NCBI GenBank assembly: GCA_965248575.1
Contig: CBDFJQ010000002.1
Span: 704,001-768,000, forward strand
From: Planctomycetota bacterium
GTDB taxonomy: Bacteria; Planctomycetota; B15-G4
Reading direction: 5' to 3'
Length of the DNA stretch: 64,000 nt
The notes below the pieces were generated by a model that had not been told where the DNA came from, did not search any database, and saw only the letters and a list, made by a program, of their open reading frames with translations. Shown piece by piece: positions 35,412 to 44,725 of the stretch. Made by a program: the position numbers and the translations under genes. How positions within the stretch are numbered: the stretch's first letter is position 1; each line of letters begins with the position of its first letter.

Positions 35412-36284
35412 ATGATTCAGAAGAGGCCTGGACAAGCCGCCCGCTCACGCAAGGGGCGCAAGAAGTCCGCCGGTTCGGCATCTGGCGCAACATCCGCTGC
35501 GGCGCGCGGGGCATCCGTCGCAGCCAGCTCGGATGGCGGAGAAGCCCTGGAAGCCGAGGTCGAGGTCGAGGCGAGGGAAGACGTCGAGCAGGTTGAGCTC
35601 GCCGACGAGCCAGAGGCCGAGCTTCCGCCTGAGGACTCCGACCCGCTGGACGAGGTCGCCGAAGAGCCGGCCGAGGCCACGGAGGGCGAAGGGGATGCCG
35701 AACACGAGACCGAGCAGTCCAGCAAGCCCAAGAAGCCCAAGAAGCCTGCGAGAGAGCCGCTGGACATCGCCCAGCTGGCCCTTCGGGTGGAAGCGCTGCT
35801 CTTCGCCTCAGGGCAGGTTTTGGGCCTGCGCAAGCTGTCCAAGGCTCTCCAGGCCACAGGCGACGAGGTCCGGGAGGCCCTGGATCGCCTGACGGAGACT
35901 TGGTCTGAGCGCGAGACGGCGATGGAGCTGGTGGAGGTCTCGGGGGGCTGGCGTCTCATGACCCGGGCGGCATATCACGAAGATGTGGCCCAGCTGACAG
36001 CTAAGACCCGCATCGAGAAGCTCTCACCTGCAGCCCTGGAGACACTGGCTGTCGTGGCCTATCGGCAACCCATTGGCCGGGCAGAAATCGAAGCTGTTCG
36101 AGGAGTGCAGTGCGGCCCGCTGTTGCGGGTGCTGCTCGATCGTGATTTGATCCGCATCTCCGGGCGCTCGTCCGAGCCCGGACACCCGTTGCTTTACGGC
36201 ACGACCAAGCGCTTTCTCGACCACTTCGGGTTGGCGTCTTTGAAGAACCTGCCGGACGTCAAGGATCTACTGAACGTCTCATGA
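35412..36284 (+). CDS. scpB: SMC-Scp complex subunit ScpB with long acidic N-terminal extension
   Basis: VEALLFAS, LSPAALETLAVVAYRQP, IEAVRGV and LYGTTKRFLDHFGL. Confidence 0.93.
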   Translation: MIQKRPGQAARSRKGRKKSAGSASGATSAAARGASVAASSDGGEALEAEVEVEAREDVEQVELADEPEAELPPEDSDPLDEVAEEPAEATEGEGDAEHETEQSSKPKKPKKPAREPLDIAQLALRVEALLFASGQVLGLRKLSKALQATGDEVREALDRLTETWSERETAMELVEVSGGWRLMTRAAYHEDVAQLTAKTRIEKLSPAALETLAVVAYRQPIGRAEIEAVRGVQCGPLLRVLLDRDLIRISGRSSEPGHPLLYGTTKRFLDHFGLASLKNLPDVKDLLNVS

Positions 36285-38224
36285 GTTTCACTTGGTTCCG
36301 TAAGCACGAGAAGACTTTCCTCTGGATCACGGTCGCTTTTACGATCGTGATCTTTGCGCTGTTCTCCTCCATGGGCGACCTCGATCGGGCGTTCTCGAGT
36401 GGGGGGGCTTCGGCGGATAGCCTGGCTGGCTCCTTCACCACCGCCACGAGCGGGTCCACGGTCGAGGTCGATCAGCAAACCTTCCTGAGCACGCGCCAGA
36501 ATTACGTGCGCTTCATGAAGATGATGGGCGGCGGCAGCACCCCGGATGTGGAGGACGAAGACATCTGGGCGCACCTGATCACGCTCTCAGACGCGGAGGA
36601 CGCCGGCCTGGTGGTCTCTGATGCGGAGCTGGGCAGCGCCTTGGGGCAGCTGATCCCGGGCGGGAGCAAAGATCTCTATCAGCAGGTCGTGGCCCGCAGC
36701 GGATTCGCCACGGCCCGTGCCTTCGAGGGCTTTTTCCGGACGGTGATGATGGCACAGCGCTGGCGCGAGGCCCGCTACCGCTCGGCTTCCGTGCTTCCCG
36801 CCGAAGACGTCTACCAACGCTGGCGCGTGGACAACGAGCTGTTCGATCTCGATGCGGTGATCTTCGAAGACCTGGACCCCGAGAGCATCGAGAGCCCCGG
36901 TCCGGCGACCTTGCTGGCGTGGTACGAGGAGCTGCCAGAGTTCAGCCGCAACAGCCTGTTCAAGGAGCCGGCCAAGCACGACATCGCCTTCGCCTACCTG
37001 CCCTTCGATGTCGACCCCGACGAGCTCATCGCCAGCCTGGACGAGTCCGTGGCTGCAGCCGTAGCCGAGCCTTCGGACACCGACATCCTGCAGCGCTTCG
37101 TCCGGGTGAAGAACCAACGCTACGAAGGGCTGGATGCCCCGGATGACGAGACGAAGCAGCTGCTCGCGCGGGAGCTGAAGGTCCTGGCCCTCGCCGCCGG
37201 CGCTCACTCCGAGTACCGGTTGCTGAGTGAGGAAGAGCGCAGCCTGGAGGGCTTCACCGCGAGCATGGAGAAGTTCGGCCTGGGTTTCGTGAATCCGGAA
37301 GGCTTGCTGGGGGCTGAGGAGGTCGAAGCCCTGGAGCACATCGGCGACGACATCCTGCCCTTGCGTTTGCGACAGATGCGCAAGACCGGCGACTCCCAGA
37401 TCATCACGAGTGTCACCGGCCTGGAGAATGCCGCCGCCGTGGTGTTCCTGGAAGCGGTCATCGACGAGCGCCCGCTGGAGTTCGCGGAGGCCGGCGAGCA
37501 GGTCCTCGACGAATGGCGCATCAAGCAGGCCGAACTGGCTCCGCGCCAGTTCCACGACGCCCTCAAGGAAGCAGCCCGGAATCTCCCCGACGTTGGGGGT
37601 GTGCTTCAGCTGCTGGAGACGACGGCTACTGAAGCTGCTGAGCTGGCCATCGCCGCCGCGGAAGCAGCAGCTGCCGAGGTGGGGCCCAGCGAGGATGGCA
37701 GCGTGACCATCGTCGACGACGCCCGGAAGGACGAGATCCGGGCCGCGGAGTTGGCCCGCGTCCAAGGCGACATCGACAACGCGGTTTCGGAACACCTCCA
37801 TCAGGTGTGGGACAGCGTCATCGAAGGACTGGGCGACGCTGTTGAGCGCGTTCAGTACACGGGCGTGCCGCGCAACTACCGCTCGTCCCTGACGGCGGAT
37901 GAGCGTGACCCCTTGAGCATGGAGCAGCATGTGAAGACGCACTTCGCCGTCTTCCAGCTGGACCAGGACAGCGTGACCGACGTCCTGCGCCTGCCGGCGG
38001 CGAACGCCTCGGCAGTGGTGCTCGTGGCGGGTCGCTCCTACCCGGAGATTGACGCCATGTTCGCCGATGAGGAGGGCATGCTGGCGGCACGGACCTCCCA
38101 GAGTTCTGCGGCCATGATGCTCATGCAGGACGAGTTCTCAGCTGCGGGCATCCTGGAATCCCACGGCCTGCTTGTTGCCCAGCCTGAAGAGGCTGCGGAC
38201 GAAGAGCCGGGCGACGCGCCGTAG
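36281..38224 (+). CDS. PpiD/SurA-N-like membrane-anchored periplasmic chaperone
   Basis: MSFTWFRKHEK plus N-terminal TM, A...GLVVSDAEL, YE......F.EP and LEFAEA patterns typical of the PpiD family. Confidence 0.62.
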   Translation: MSFTWFRKHEKTFLWITVAFTIVIFALFSSMGDLDRAFSSGGASADSLAGSFTTATSGSTVEVDQQTFLSTRQNYVRFMKMMGGGSTPDVEDEDIWAHLITLSDAEDAGLVVSDAELGSALGQLIPGGSKDLYQQVVARSGFATARAFEGFFRTVMMAQRWREARYRSASVLPAEDVYQRWRVDNELFDLDAVIFEDLDPESIESPGPATLLAWYEELPEFSRNSLFKEPAKHDIAFAYLPFDVDPDELIASLDESVAAAVAEPSDTDILQRFVRVKNQRYEGLDAPDDETKQLLARELKVLALAAGAHSEYRLLSEEERSLEGFTASMEKFGLGFVNPEGLLGAEEVEALEHIGDDILPLRLRQMRKTGDSQIITSVTGLENAAAVVFLEAVIDERPLEFAEAGEQVLDEWRIKQAELAPRQFHDALKEAARNLPDVGGVLQLLETTATEAAELAIAAAEAAAAEVGPSEDGSVTIVDDARKDEIRAAELARVQGDIDNAVSEHLHQVWDSVIEGLGDAVERVQYTGVPRNYRSSLTADERDPLSMEQHVKTHFAVFQLDQDSVTDVLRLPAANASAVVLVAGRSYPEIDAMFADEEGMLAARTSQSSAAMMLMQDEFSAAGILESHGLLVAQPEEAADEEPGDAP

Positions 38225-38229
38225 AGAGT

Positions 38230-38511
38230 TCAACTCTCGGCAGTGGACCTGGGCTGCGTGTGCTGCGTGGGTAGGCAGGGCGGCTTGCTGCGGATGACGG
38301 GGTCGTAGCCCCCGGGATGCAGTGGCTGGCACTTCAGCAGTCGCCACAGGCTGAGGGCGCTGCCCACCAGGATGCCTTTTCGCTGGATGGCCTCTGCCGC
38401 GTAGTGCGAGCAGCTGGGCGTGAAGCGGCAGCTGTCCGGGATCACGGCACCCACCGTCAGGCGCCAGATGCGGCCGATGCTGGCGACCAGTGATCGCAAC
38501 AGGGAGCGCAT
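38230..38511 (-). CDS. yidD: Membrane protein insertion efficiency factor
   Basis: CRFTPSCSHYA and RLLKCQPLHPGGYDPV. Confidence 0.93.
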   Translation of the reverse strand: MRSLLRSLVASIGRIWRLTVGAVIPDSCRFTPSCSHYAAEAIQRKGILVGSALSLWRLLKCQPLHPGGYDPVIRSKPPCLPTQHTQPRSTAES

Positions 38512-38912
38512 CAGCGGCGGGGGCCGCCGCTGGGTCTGGGTCTGGGTTGCGGGCGTGCGTGCTTGCTCAGGATGTCTCGCAAGGAGCGCAGGGCAACGGC
38601 GTAGCTGTCTGGCGCCGCATGAGGGCGGGCGATGAGCACCAGCTCCATCGGTTGGGGAAAGGACGGTTCCAGCTCACGGTAGGCGGCACGGAGGCAGCGC
38701 TTGACCCGATTGCGGCGCGGGGCATTGCCCACCTTCCTGCTGACGCTCAGGCCGAGCCGCGAACGACTGCCGGCTGACAGCGGGCGGAGGCGGACCACGA
38801 GCTGGCGATTCACCACCTTGATGCCCGATTGGAACACCACGTCGAACTGCTGCCGGTTGCGCAGCCGCGTGCTTTGATCGAAGCGCCCTTCGGGGGCCGA
38901 TCCCTGGTCCAC
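38511..38912 (-). CDS. rnpA: Ribonuclease P protein component
   Basis: RLRNRQQFDVVF and RLGLSVSRKVGNAPRRNRVKRCLR. Start GTG 38912; the ORF track over-extends it to 39053. Confidence 0.9.
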   Translation of the reverse strand: MDQGSAPEGRFDQSTRLRNRQQFDVVFQSGIKVVNRQLVVRLRPLSAGSRSRLGLSVSRKVGNAPRRNRVKRCLRAAYRELEPSFPQPMELVLIARPHAAPDSYAVALRSLRDILSKHARPQPRPRPSGGPRR

Positions 38913-38916
38913 TCGC

Positions 38917-39960
38917 TCAGCTCTTGACGGGGCGAGTGGCGCCGCGGCCGACGAGCTTGTCGATGCGGTCGAAGGTCTGGCTGGCGACGTCGTCGAAGTC
39001 GACGTTCTGTGCGCGCAGCTTGAGAAAGGTCTCCAGGTCGCTGACAGCTTCATCGAGCATCAAGAGCAGCTCGTGCAGGGTGGCCCTGAATTCGTAGTGC
39101 CCCGCTTGCATCAGCTGGCGTTGCTCGATGCCATTGATGGCCTCGAGGGCCGCTTCGTGGTCGCCGAGGCTGTAATGGATGTGTGCCATGGCGTCGCGCA
39201 GCTGACGCTCCTTCTGAAGGTTGTCCTCGATCCGGCGTTCGAGGCTGAGCTCGAAGGAGGGGGAGAGATTGTGCGTCTCCTGCAACGTGTTGTTCGTGAC
39301 CTGGTTGGACTGCATGAGCTGCTCGACGGCGCGAGCTGAGTAGTCCAGGGCCTCGGTCTCGCGCTCCCCCTGCAGGTTGAGCACGAGCGCCAGTTCGATC
39401 AATGCGTAGGTGTTGTCGGCCTGCAGGTCGAAGTCCAACACCTTCTTGAGCGCGTGTTCGGCCTCGCTGAGATGTTTCTTCCGGCCGGTCCGTTCAGCAA
39501 CCAGCTTGCGGCTCTCGGCCTGTCGACCCTCGTCGTCCAGGAACTCGCTGCTCAGCTGCCATTGGATACGGCCGATCTCCCCGTCGCTGAGCATGGCGCG
39601 CGCGAGGTGCGCCTGGCCGATGCCCAGCCAGACGCGGTAGTTCTTGTCACTGGCTGTACCGCGCAGGTCTTCCAGGGTGCGGATCGCCTCGTCGAGCAGC
39701 ACGACTTCGTTGCGCGTCTCACCGAGTTTGGTGAGGCAGTAGCCGCGCATCAGGCGCATGCCCTCGGAGTCCTCATCGAAGCTGAGCGCCATCTCGGCCT
39801 GCTGAACAGCTTGAACGTACGACCCCTTGTTGTAGAACTCCTGACTGTTGCGCTGATGGAGCGTGAAGCGCTTCTCGTCCTGCTCCGACAGACCTAGGCA
39901 GCCTGTCGAGAGCAGGATCGTCATCAGGGCCAGGGCCCTTGTGCTCATGGTGGTCTTCAT
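38917..39960 (-). CDS. TPR-like helical lipoprotein
   Basis: LLSTGC lipobox-like sequence followed by TPR-like helices. Start 39948-39966 uncertain. Confidence 0.72.
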   Translation of the reverse strand: MKTTMSTRALALMTILLSTGCLGLSEQDEKRFTLHQRNSQEFYNKGSYVQAVQQAEMALSFDEDSEGMRLMRGYCLTKLGETRNEVVLLDEAIRTLEDLRGTASDKNYRVWLGIGQAHLARAMLSDGEIGRIQWQLSSEFLDDEGRQAESRKLVAERTGRKKHLSEAEHALKKVLDFDLQADNTYALIELALVLNLQGERETEALDYSARAVEQLMQSNQVTNNTLQETHNLSPSFELSLERRIEDNLQKERQLRDAMAHIHYSLGDHEAALEAINGIEQRQLMQAGHYEFRATLHELLLMLDEAVSDLETFLKLRAQNVDFDDVASQTFDRIDKLVGRGATRPVKS

Positions 39961-39991
39961 GATCAAGGGGCTCCTGAGATGAGGGTGCGAC

Positions 39992-40456
39992 TCAGCCGAG
40001 ATCTTCGGCGTCGTAGACCCACTTGTGGCCGGCCGGCTGCCATTCGACGATCTCGTCTGCAGCGAAGAATAGCGAGATTTCGCGGCTTGCGGCTTCCGGC
40101 GAGTCGGATCCGTGGATCAGGTTGTAGGAACGCGAGACTCCGAAGTCACCGCGGATGGTGCCCGGGTCCGCATCCCGGCCAAAAGTGGCGCCCATCATCT
40201 TGCGGCAGACCGTGATGGCCTCCACGCCCTCCAGCACCAGGACGAGTACGGGGCTTTCGCCCATGAAGCGCACCAGACCCGGGTAGAAGGGCCGTTCCTT
40301 GTGGTCCTGGTAGTGCGTGGCCAACAGCTCCTCGCTCAACTTGCGGAAGCGCGCTGCCACGACGGTCAGTCCCTTGCTCTCGAAGCGGGTCAGGATCTGG
40401 CCCATGAGGCCCCTCTGGACGGCGTCGGGCTTGAGGATGATGAGGGTGCGTTCCAT
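39992..40456 (-). CDS. ndk: Nucleoside diphosphate kinase
   Basis: ERTLIILKPDAVQR, PGTIRGDFG and NLIHGSDS. Confidence 0.98.
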   Translation of the reverse strand: MERTLIILKPDAVQRGLMGQILTRFESKGLTVVAARFRKLSEELLATHYQDHKERPFYPGLVRFMGESPVLVLVLEGVEAITVCRKMMGATFGRDADPGTIRGDFGVSRSYNLIHGSDSPEAASREISLFFAADEIVEWQPAGHKWVYDAEDLG

Positions 40457-40639
40457 GAAGGTTTCCTGGATTGGGTTCAGAGCAAGCTACGAGTGGGTCC
40501 GTGAGCACCGCATTTTGGCGGGTTCACATGAGCCGCGCAGTCTAGCTCGAAGATCTCGCCGCGATCTACTGCGGGTACCCAGCGAACGGCTTCGCTAGCC
40601 TGGAGGGTCGAGACCGATGCTCCCTCTGAGAGATCCCGC

Positions 40640-41512
40640 ATGTTGGGCGTGCACTGCAATGGCCAGCCCCGGAACCAGGGCTGGCACCAGATCTGGCAGC
40701 GGAACCCGTCTCGGGTGCCGCACCATCGACGTTGGCCGCAGTTGCTGTGGATCGGGGCCCTGGCGTGCCTGGGGGTCTTGCCGGCCTGCGGCGTGACGCG
40801 GGCCTCCATCGACAAGCCCTCGGACCCTATGGCCTTGCCCAACCTGCGTCGGGCAAGCGAAGCCTTGCAGGTGAACATCGTGCGCGAGAAGGAGCACGTG
40901 ATCAGCCTGAATGCCCAGCTGGACGCCTTGCGGGCTGACGAAGCCCGGGTCTACGCGGAGGTATTGGACGCAGAGGAGACCTATCAGCGCCTGCGGGCGG
41001 ACGCTGACGGGGTGAACGCGGACGTCTTGGCCGTGCAGGGAGAGCTGGACGAGGCCCTGGCGAAGCTGGAGACCAAGCGCAGCGAACGGGACGGCGCTCG
41101 AGCCGAGCAGGTGGAGTCGGATGCCCAGCTGGCCGAGGCGCGTCAGGAAGGCCTGGAGGCTCGCCGGGAGATCGCCTTCTGGCGCGGAGGGGTGTCGGAA
41201 GATGGTGGTGTGAGGTTCTTCCGTCAGAAGCGCCTGGAAGCCTTCCGGGCCCAGTGGTCGATTCCCTTGCAGGCATGGGGTGAGCTGCTGCGCGAGTTGG
41301 GACTCCAGCGCGTGATCTCTGATGAATCAGCCGTTCTCCAGGAGGACCGACCTGCGGAGCCGGTGCCTGACGACAGCCTTCCGGCCCCGGAAGTGACGCC
41401 CCCGGAGTCGGGTGATGAACCCGCGCAGGTCACTCCATCCGAAGACGGGGTGGACTCAGGCGCGGAGCCCGCCAGCGAGGACAGCGGGGGTGAGGGAGGA
41501 TCAGGGGTCTGA
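40640..41512 (+). CDS. Hypothetical coiled-coil lipoprotein with acidic tail
   Basis: LGVLPAC lipobox-like sequence, long heptad-rich segment and Pro/Glu/Asp-rich C-terminus. Confidence 0.62.
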   Translation: MLGVHCNGQPRNQGWHQIWQRNPSRVPHHRRWPQLLWIGALACLGVLPACGVTRASIDKPSDPMALPNLRRASEALQVNIVREKEHVISLNAQLDALRADEARVYAEVLDAEETYQRLRADADGVNADVLAVQGELDEALAKLETKRSERDGARAEQVESDAQLAEARQEGLEARREIAFWRGGVSEDGGVRFFRQKRLEAFRAQWSIPLQAWGELLRELGLQRVISDESAVLQEDRPAEPVPDDSLPAPEVTPPESGDEPAQVTPSEDGVDSGAEPASEDSGGEGGSGV

Positions 41513-41597
41513 GTTGGCGGACCGCCTGATCTCCAGCTGCTGCCAGGGCTTCTCCCGCCGCGCGCCGCTGGAAAATGCAAAAATGCGCCCTCAGGGG

Positions 41598-41625
41598 TTG
41601 ATCCGAAAGTGCCTCTGCGTAGGAT
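41598..41625 (+). promoter_or_regulatory. Putative sigma70 promoter of the atp operon
   Basis: TTGATC-N16-TAGGAT in an AT-richer patch about 220 nt upstream of the first atp gene. Confidence 0.4.
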
Positions 41626-41842
41626 CCAAAGCGTTTCCGTATCGGGGTCAAAAAAAGGTGTTTCTGGACGGCCCAGGAGGTCGCTCAGGACACAGATTCG
41701 AGATCGCGAGAATCGGCAGCAAACGCAGGATCAGGAACCGGCAGTGGATGGTGGGCAGGGCCAGCATTCGGCACGGCAGCAGGTCGCCGTCGGGGTCAGG
41801 GCCATCGCGAGACAGAGACGGCAGCAGGAGCTCTTCTGAGCC

Positions 41843-42175
41843 ATGCCCAAGTCCAGTCCCAAGTCCAGTCCTCAACCGGCTCCGAAGCGCAACAACGACA
41901 TCATGCAGTTCGCGGATCTGGGCATGCGGCTCGCCCTCTCCACGGCAGTGTTCACCTACGCGGGATACCGGCTGGACGGATGGCTTTCCACAGCACCATG
42001 GCTTCTGATCACCTTTTGCTTCGTCGGCGTGACGGGGGGGATGGTGTCGGTTGTGAGCGGGGTCAACCGCTGGCAGGCGCTGGAAAAGGCTGCGGCCCAG
42101 AAGGCGGCAGAGAAGCAGGGCGAGGACAGCAAACCAGCCGACCGGCAGCGGGAGGGCGAGCATGACCGCCCATGA
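41843..42175 (+). CDS. AtpZ/AtpI family ATP synthase accessory protein
   Basis: G..LD.WLST.PW two-TM motif; first gene of the atp operon. Confidence 0.8.
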   Translation: MPKSSPKSSPQPAPKRNNDIMQFADLGMRLALSTAVFTYAGYRLDGWLSTAPWLLITFCFVGVTGGMVSVVSGVNRWQALEKAAAQKAAEKQGEDSKPADRQREGEHDRP

Positions 42176-42560
42176 CCGCACGTTCTACGTGGGCGCGCTG
42201 CTGGCGACCGTGTTGGTGCCTGGCTTGATCCTGCTCGGCGCTCCCTTCGACGAGACTCGCTACGTCATGGGCACCTTGGTGGGCTGGGCGATCGCGCTGT
42301 TCACCATCGTGCCCAGCTACATCCTCATCAGTCGCGCGTTGTCCCAGGAGGACAACAACCGCTTCTACAAGCTCTGGGCAGGCGGGACCATGGGCCGCAT
42401 GGCGGTCGTCCTGGTCTCCGTGGCGCTCTTCGCCAGCTTGGTGGACGACGCGCCGATCAAGACGTTCCTGCTCTCCTTCTTCCTCGGTTACATGCTGCTC
42501 ACAGGCTTGGAACTGACCATGGCTCTTGGCAGCAAAGCTCCAAACGGGAGGCACGCATGA
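42162..42560 (+). CDS. ATP synthase protein I-like 4-TM protein
   Basis: Four hydrophobic segments; lies between the AtpZ-like gene and atpB. Confidence 0.7.
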   Translation: MTAHDRTFYVGALLATVLVPGLILLGAPFDETRYVMGTLVGWAIALFTIVPSYILISRALSQEDNNRFYKLWAGGTMGRMAVVLVSVALFASLVDDAPIKTFLLSFFLGYMLLTGLELTMALGSKAPNGRHA

Positions 42561-43648
42561 CCCTGTCGGCTCGCGCTCTAGCCACGACTCTGTGCCTGGC
42601 TCTGACCCTGCTTGCGCCGCTGTCTTCCAGCCTGCTGGCACAGGATGGGCATGGCGCCGACAGCTCGGGGCAGGGTGCGAGCCCTGCAGCCGAAGACGAT
42701 CACACCGAGCATCAGGGCCACAGCCGTGCGGGGGATGCTTCCCTGTTCATGGAGCTGTTCAGCCACCTGGAGCCGCACGCAGTGTCTGCCGTCTGGATCG
42801 GTGGCGACAAGGGCTTCGGTCTGGTGGACGCGCACCTGTACGACAGCCATGGCGAGCCAGTCATCGATAGCCATGGCGCCCACGCGGCCTATCACACCCC
42901 GGCCGATCTCACCGAAGCCCTTTCGGCCGAGATGGGTGGGGGCAGTGGCTACCTCATCTACAACATCAACACGGTCATGTGGATGGCAGGGTTGGCGCTG
43001 GTGTTGGTCTTCTTGCCCGTCGCCCGCAGGGCCCGCAGCCGTTCGGGACAGGCCCCCAAGGGGGCGCTCTACGGCTTGATGGAATCCCTCTTCCTGTTCG
43101 TGCGCGACGAGATGGTCTACAGCGTGCTGGGCAAAGAAGGTGGCCGCAGGTTCCTGCCGCTGTTCCTGACACAGTTCTTCTTCATCCTGTTCATGAACCT
43201 GCTGGGCCTGATGCCCTTGGGGGGCTTTGGCGGGACCGCGACGGCGAACCTGGCCGTGACGGGCGGACTGGCCATGACCACGCTGCTTGGGATTCACTTG
43301 GGCGGCATGAAAGAGCACGGTTTGGTGCCCCACTTCAAGAACTTCATTCCCCACGGCCTTCCGTGGTACGTGCTGCCCATCATCGTGCCCGTGGAGGTCC
43401 TGGGCATGGTGGTGAAGCCAGCCGCGCTCACCATTCGACTGTTCGCGAACCTCACGGCCGGGCACCTCATCGTGCTGGGCCTGTTCGGGCTCGTGTACTT
43501 CTTCGACAGTGGAATCATCGCAGTGCCTGTGATGGGCATGGGGATCGCGATCTACTGCCTCGAGCTGTTTGTCTGCTTCGTGCAGGCCTACATCTTCACT
43601 TACCTTTCGATTGTGTTTCTGGGCGCCTCGCTGGCCCCGGACCACTAA
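42557..43648 (+). CDS. atpB: F0 subunit a with N-terminal signal-like and His-rich extension
   Basis: FILFMNLLGLMP, TATANLAVT, IRLFANLTAGH (essential Arg) and ELFVCFVQAYIF. Confidence 0.95.
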   Translation: MTLSARALATTLCLALTLLAPLSSSLLAQDGHGADSSGQGASPAAEDDHTEHQGHSRAGDASLFMELFSHLEPHAVSAVWIGGDKGFGLVDAHLYDSHGEPVIDSHGAHAAYHTPADLTEALSAEMGGGSGYLIYNINTVMWMAGLALVLVFLPVARRARSRSGQAPKGALYGLMESLFLFVRDEMVYSVLGKEGGRRFLPLFLTQFFFILFMNLLGLMPLGGFGGTATANLAVTGGLAMTTLLGIHLGGMKEHGLVPHFKNFIPHGLPWYVLPIIVPVEVLGMVVKPAALTIRLFANLTAGHLIVLGLFGLVYFFDSGIIAVPVMGMGIAIYCLELFVCFVQAYIFTYLSIVFLGASLAPDH

Positions 43649-43717
43649 GACGTTTCGCTTGTTTTCGGGCGGCGGCGCACTGCGCTGGCGACTCGGCATT
43701 CCAACCGGAGAAAAAAG

Positions 43718-44011
43718 ATGGACTTGGGACTTGGTCTCGTGGGACTGGGAGCCGGCCTGGGCGCCGGAATCGCGCTGCTCGGCGGCGGCGGTGGTATCGG
43801 ACGTCTGGCAGCTGCGGCCATGGAGGGCATTGCCCGCCAGCCGGAAGCTGCTGGTGACATCAAGGGCGGCATGATCATCACCGCGGCGTTCATCGAGGGT
43901 GCAACCCTCTTCGCCGTCGTGGTCTGCTTGCTGCTCGCACTCGGTGCATCGGGTTACCTCGGTGACGCCGGTATCGTGCTCAAGCACGCTGCGGGCATCG
44001 TGGCTGAGTAA
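43718..44011 (+). CDS. atpE: F0 subunit c
   Basis: GxGxGxG, ARQPE loop and AAFIEG carboxylate. Confidence 0.96.
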   Translation: MDLGLGLVGLGAGLGAGIALLGGGGGIGRLAAAAMEGIARQPEAAGDIKGGMIITAAFIEGATLFAVVVCLLLALGASGYLGDAGIVLKHAAGIVAE

Positions 44012-44022
44012 GGCTGCGCGCC

Positions 44023-44065
44023 GCCGCACCTGCCATCGGCCACAGGGGTCGCTGGCAGGTGCGGC
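44023..44065 (+). other. Strong stem-loop between atpE and atpF
   Basis: GCCGCACCTGCCA (44023-44035) pairs perfectly with TGGCAGGTGCGGC (44053-44065), plus an inner 5-bp stem; no U-tract follows. Confidence 0.7.
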
Positions 44066-44179
44066 AAGACCCGTTTTCGCCGCTTCCGTTGCGGCAGGCA
44101 TCGGGGCAGCGTTCGGTTCCACCGCAGTTGGCGTGTGGGCACGGACGCTGCGGAACAACACCACACTCGGAACATCGTC

Positions 44180-44722
44180 ATGATGGTTGCACCACTCGTC
44201 CTTGCGGCCGGTTTCAACCCGCTGTCCTTCGATCCGGCAGCGTTCGTGCTCACACTGATCACGTTCGGCGCCCTGCTGTTCATCCTCACGAAGTTTGCGT
44301 GGGGGCCGATCCTGCAGTCCATCGAGGCTCGCGAGAAGCGCATCGACGATGCCATCAGCACGGCGGAGAAGGATCGCGAGACGGCCGAGCACGTGCTGGC
44401 TGAGTACCGCGAGCAGGTCAAGAACGTTGAAACCGAAGTGGCGGCGCTCAAGGAGCGCGGTCGTCAGGAGGCTGACGCCTTGGCCAAGGACATCAAGGCT
44501 CGCGCCGATGCCGACGCCGAGGCCCGGGTCGAGCGCGCTGTGCGCGAGATCGAACAGGCCCAGACGGCCGCTGTCGAGGAGCTGCGCAAGGAGGCCGTCG
44601 GTCTCGGCATGGCTATCGCCAGCAAGGTGGTGGGGCAGTCACTGGACGGAGACGACCAGCGTCGCCTGGCCTCGGACGTCCTGGATGGCCTGGGCGCTGT
44701 GGGCTCGGCCGGAGACAACTGA
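44180..44722 (+). CDS. atpF: F0 subunit b
   Basis: TM then KFAWGPILQSIEAREKRI and a coiled coil. Start ATG 44180/44183. Confidence 0.94.
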   Translation: MMVAPLVLAAGFNPLSFDPAAFVLTLITFGALLFILTKFAWGPILQSIEAREKRIDDAISTAEKDRETAEHVLAEYREQVKNVETEVAALKERGRQEADALAKDIKARADADAEARVERAVREIEQAQTAAVEELRKEAVGLGMAIASKVVGQSLDGDDQRRLASDVLDGLGAVGSAGDN

Positions 44723-44725
44723 TCC

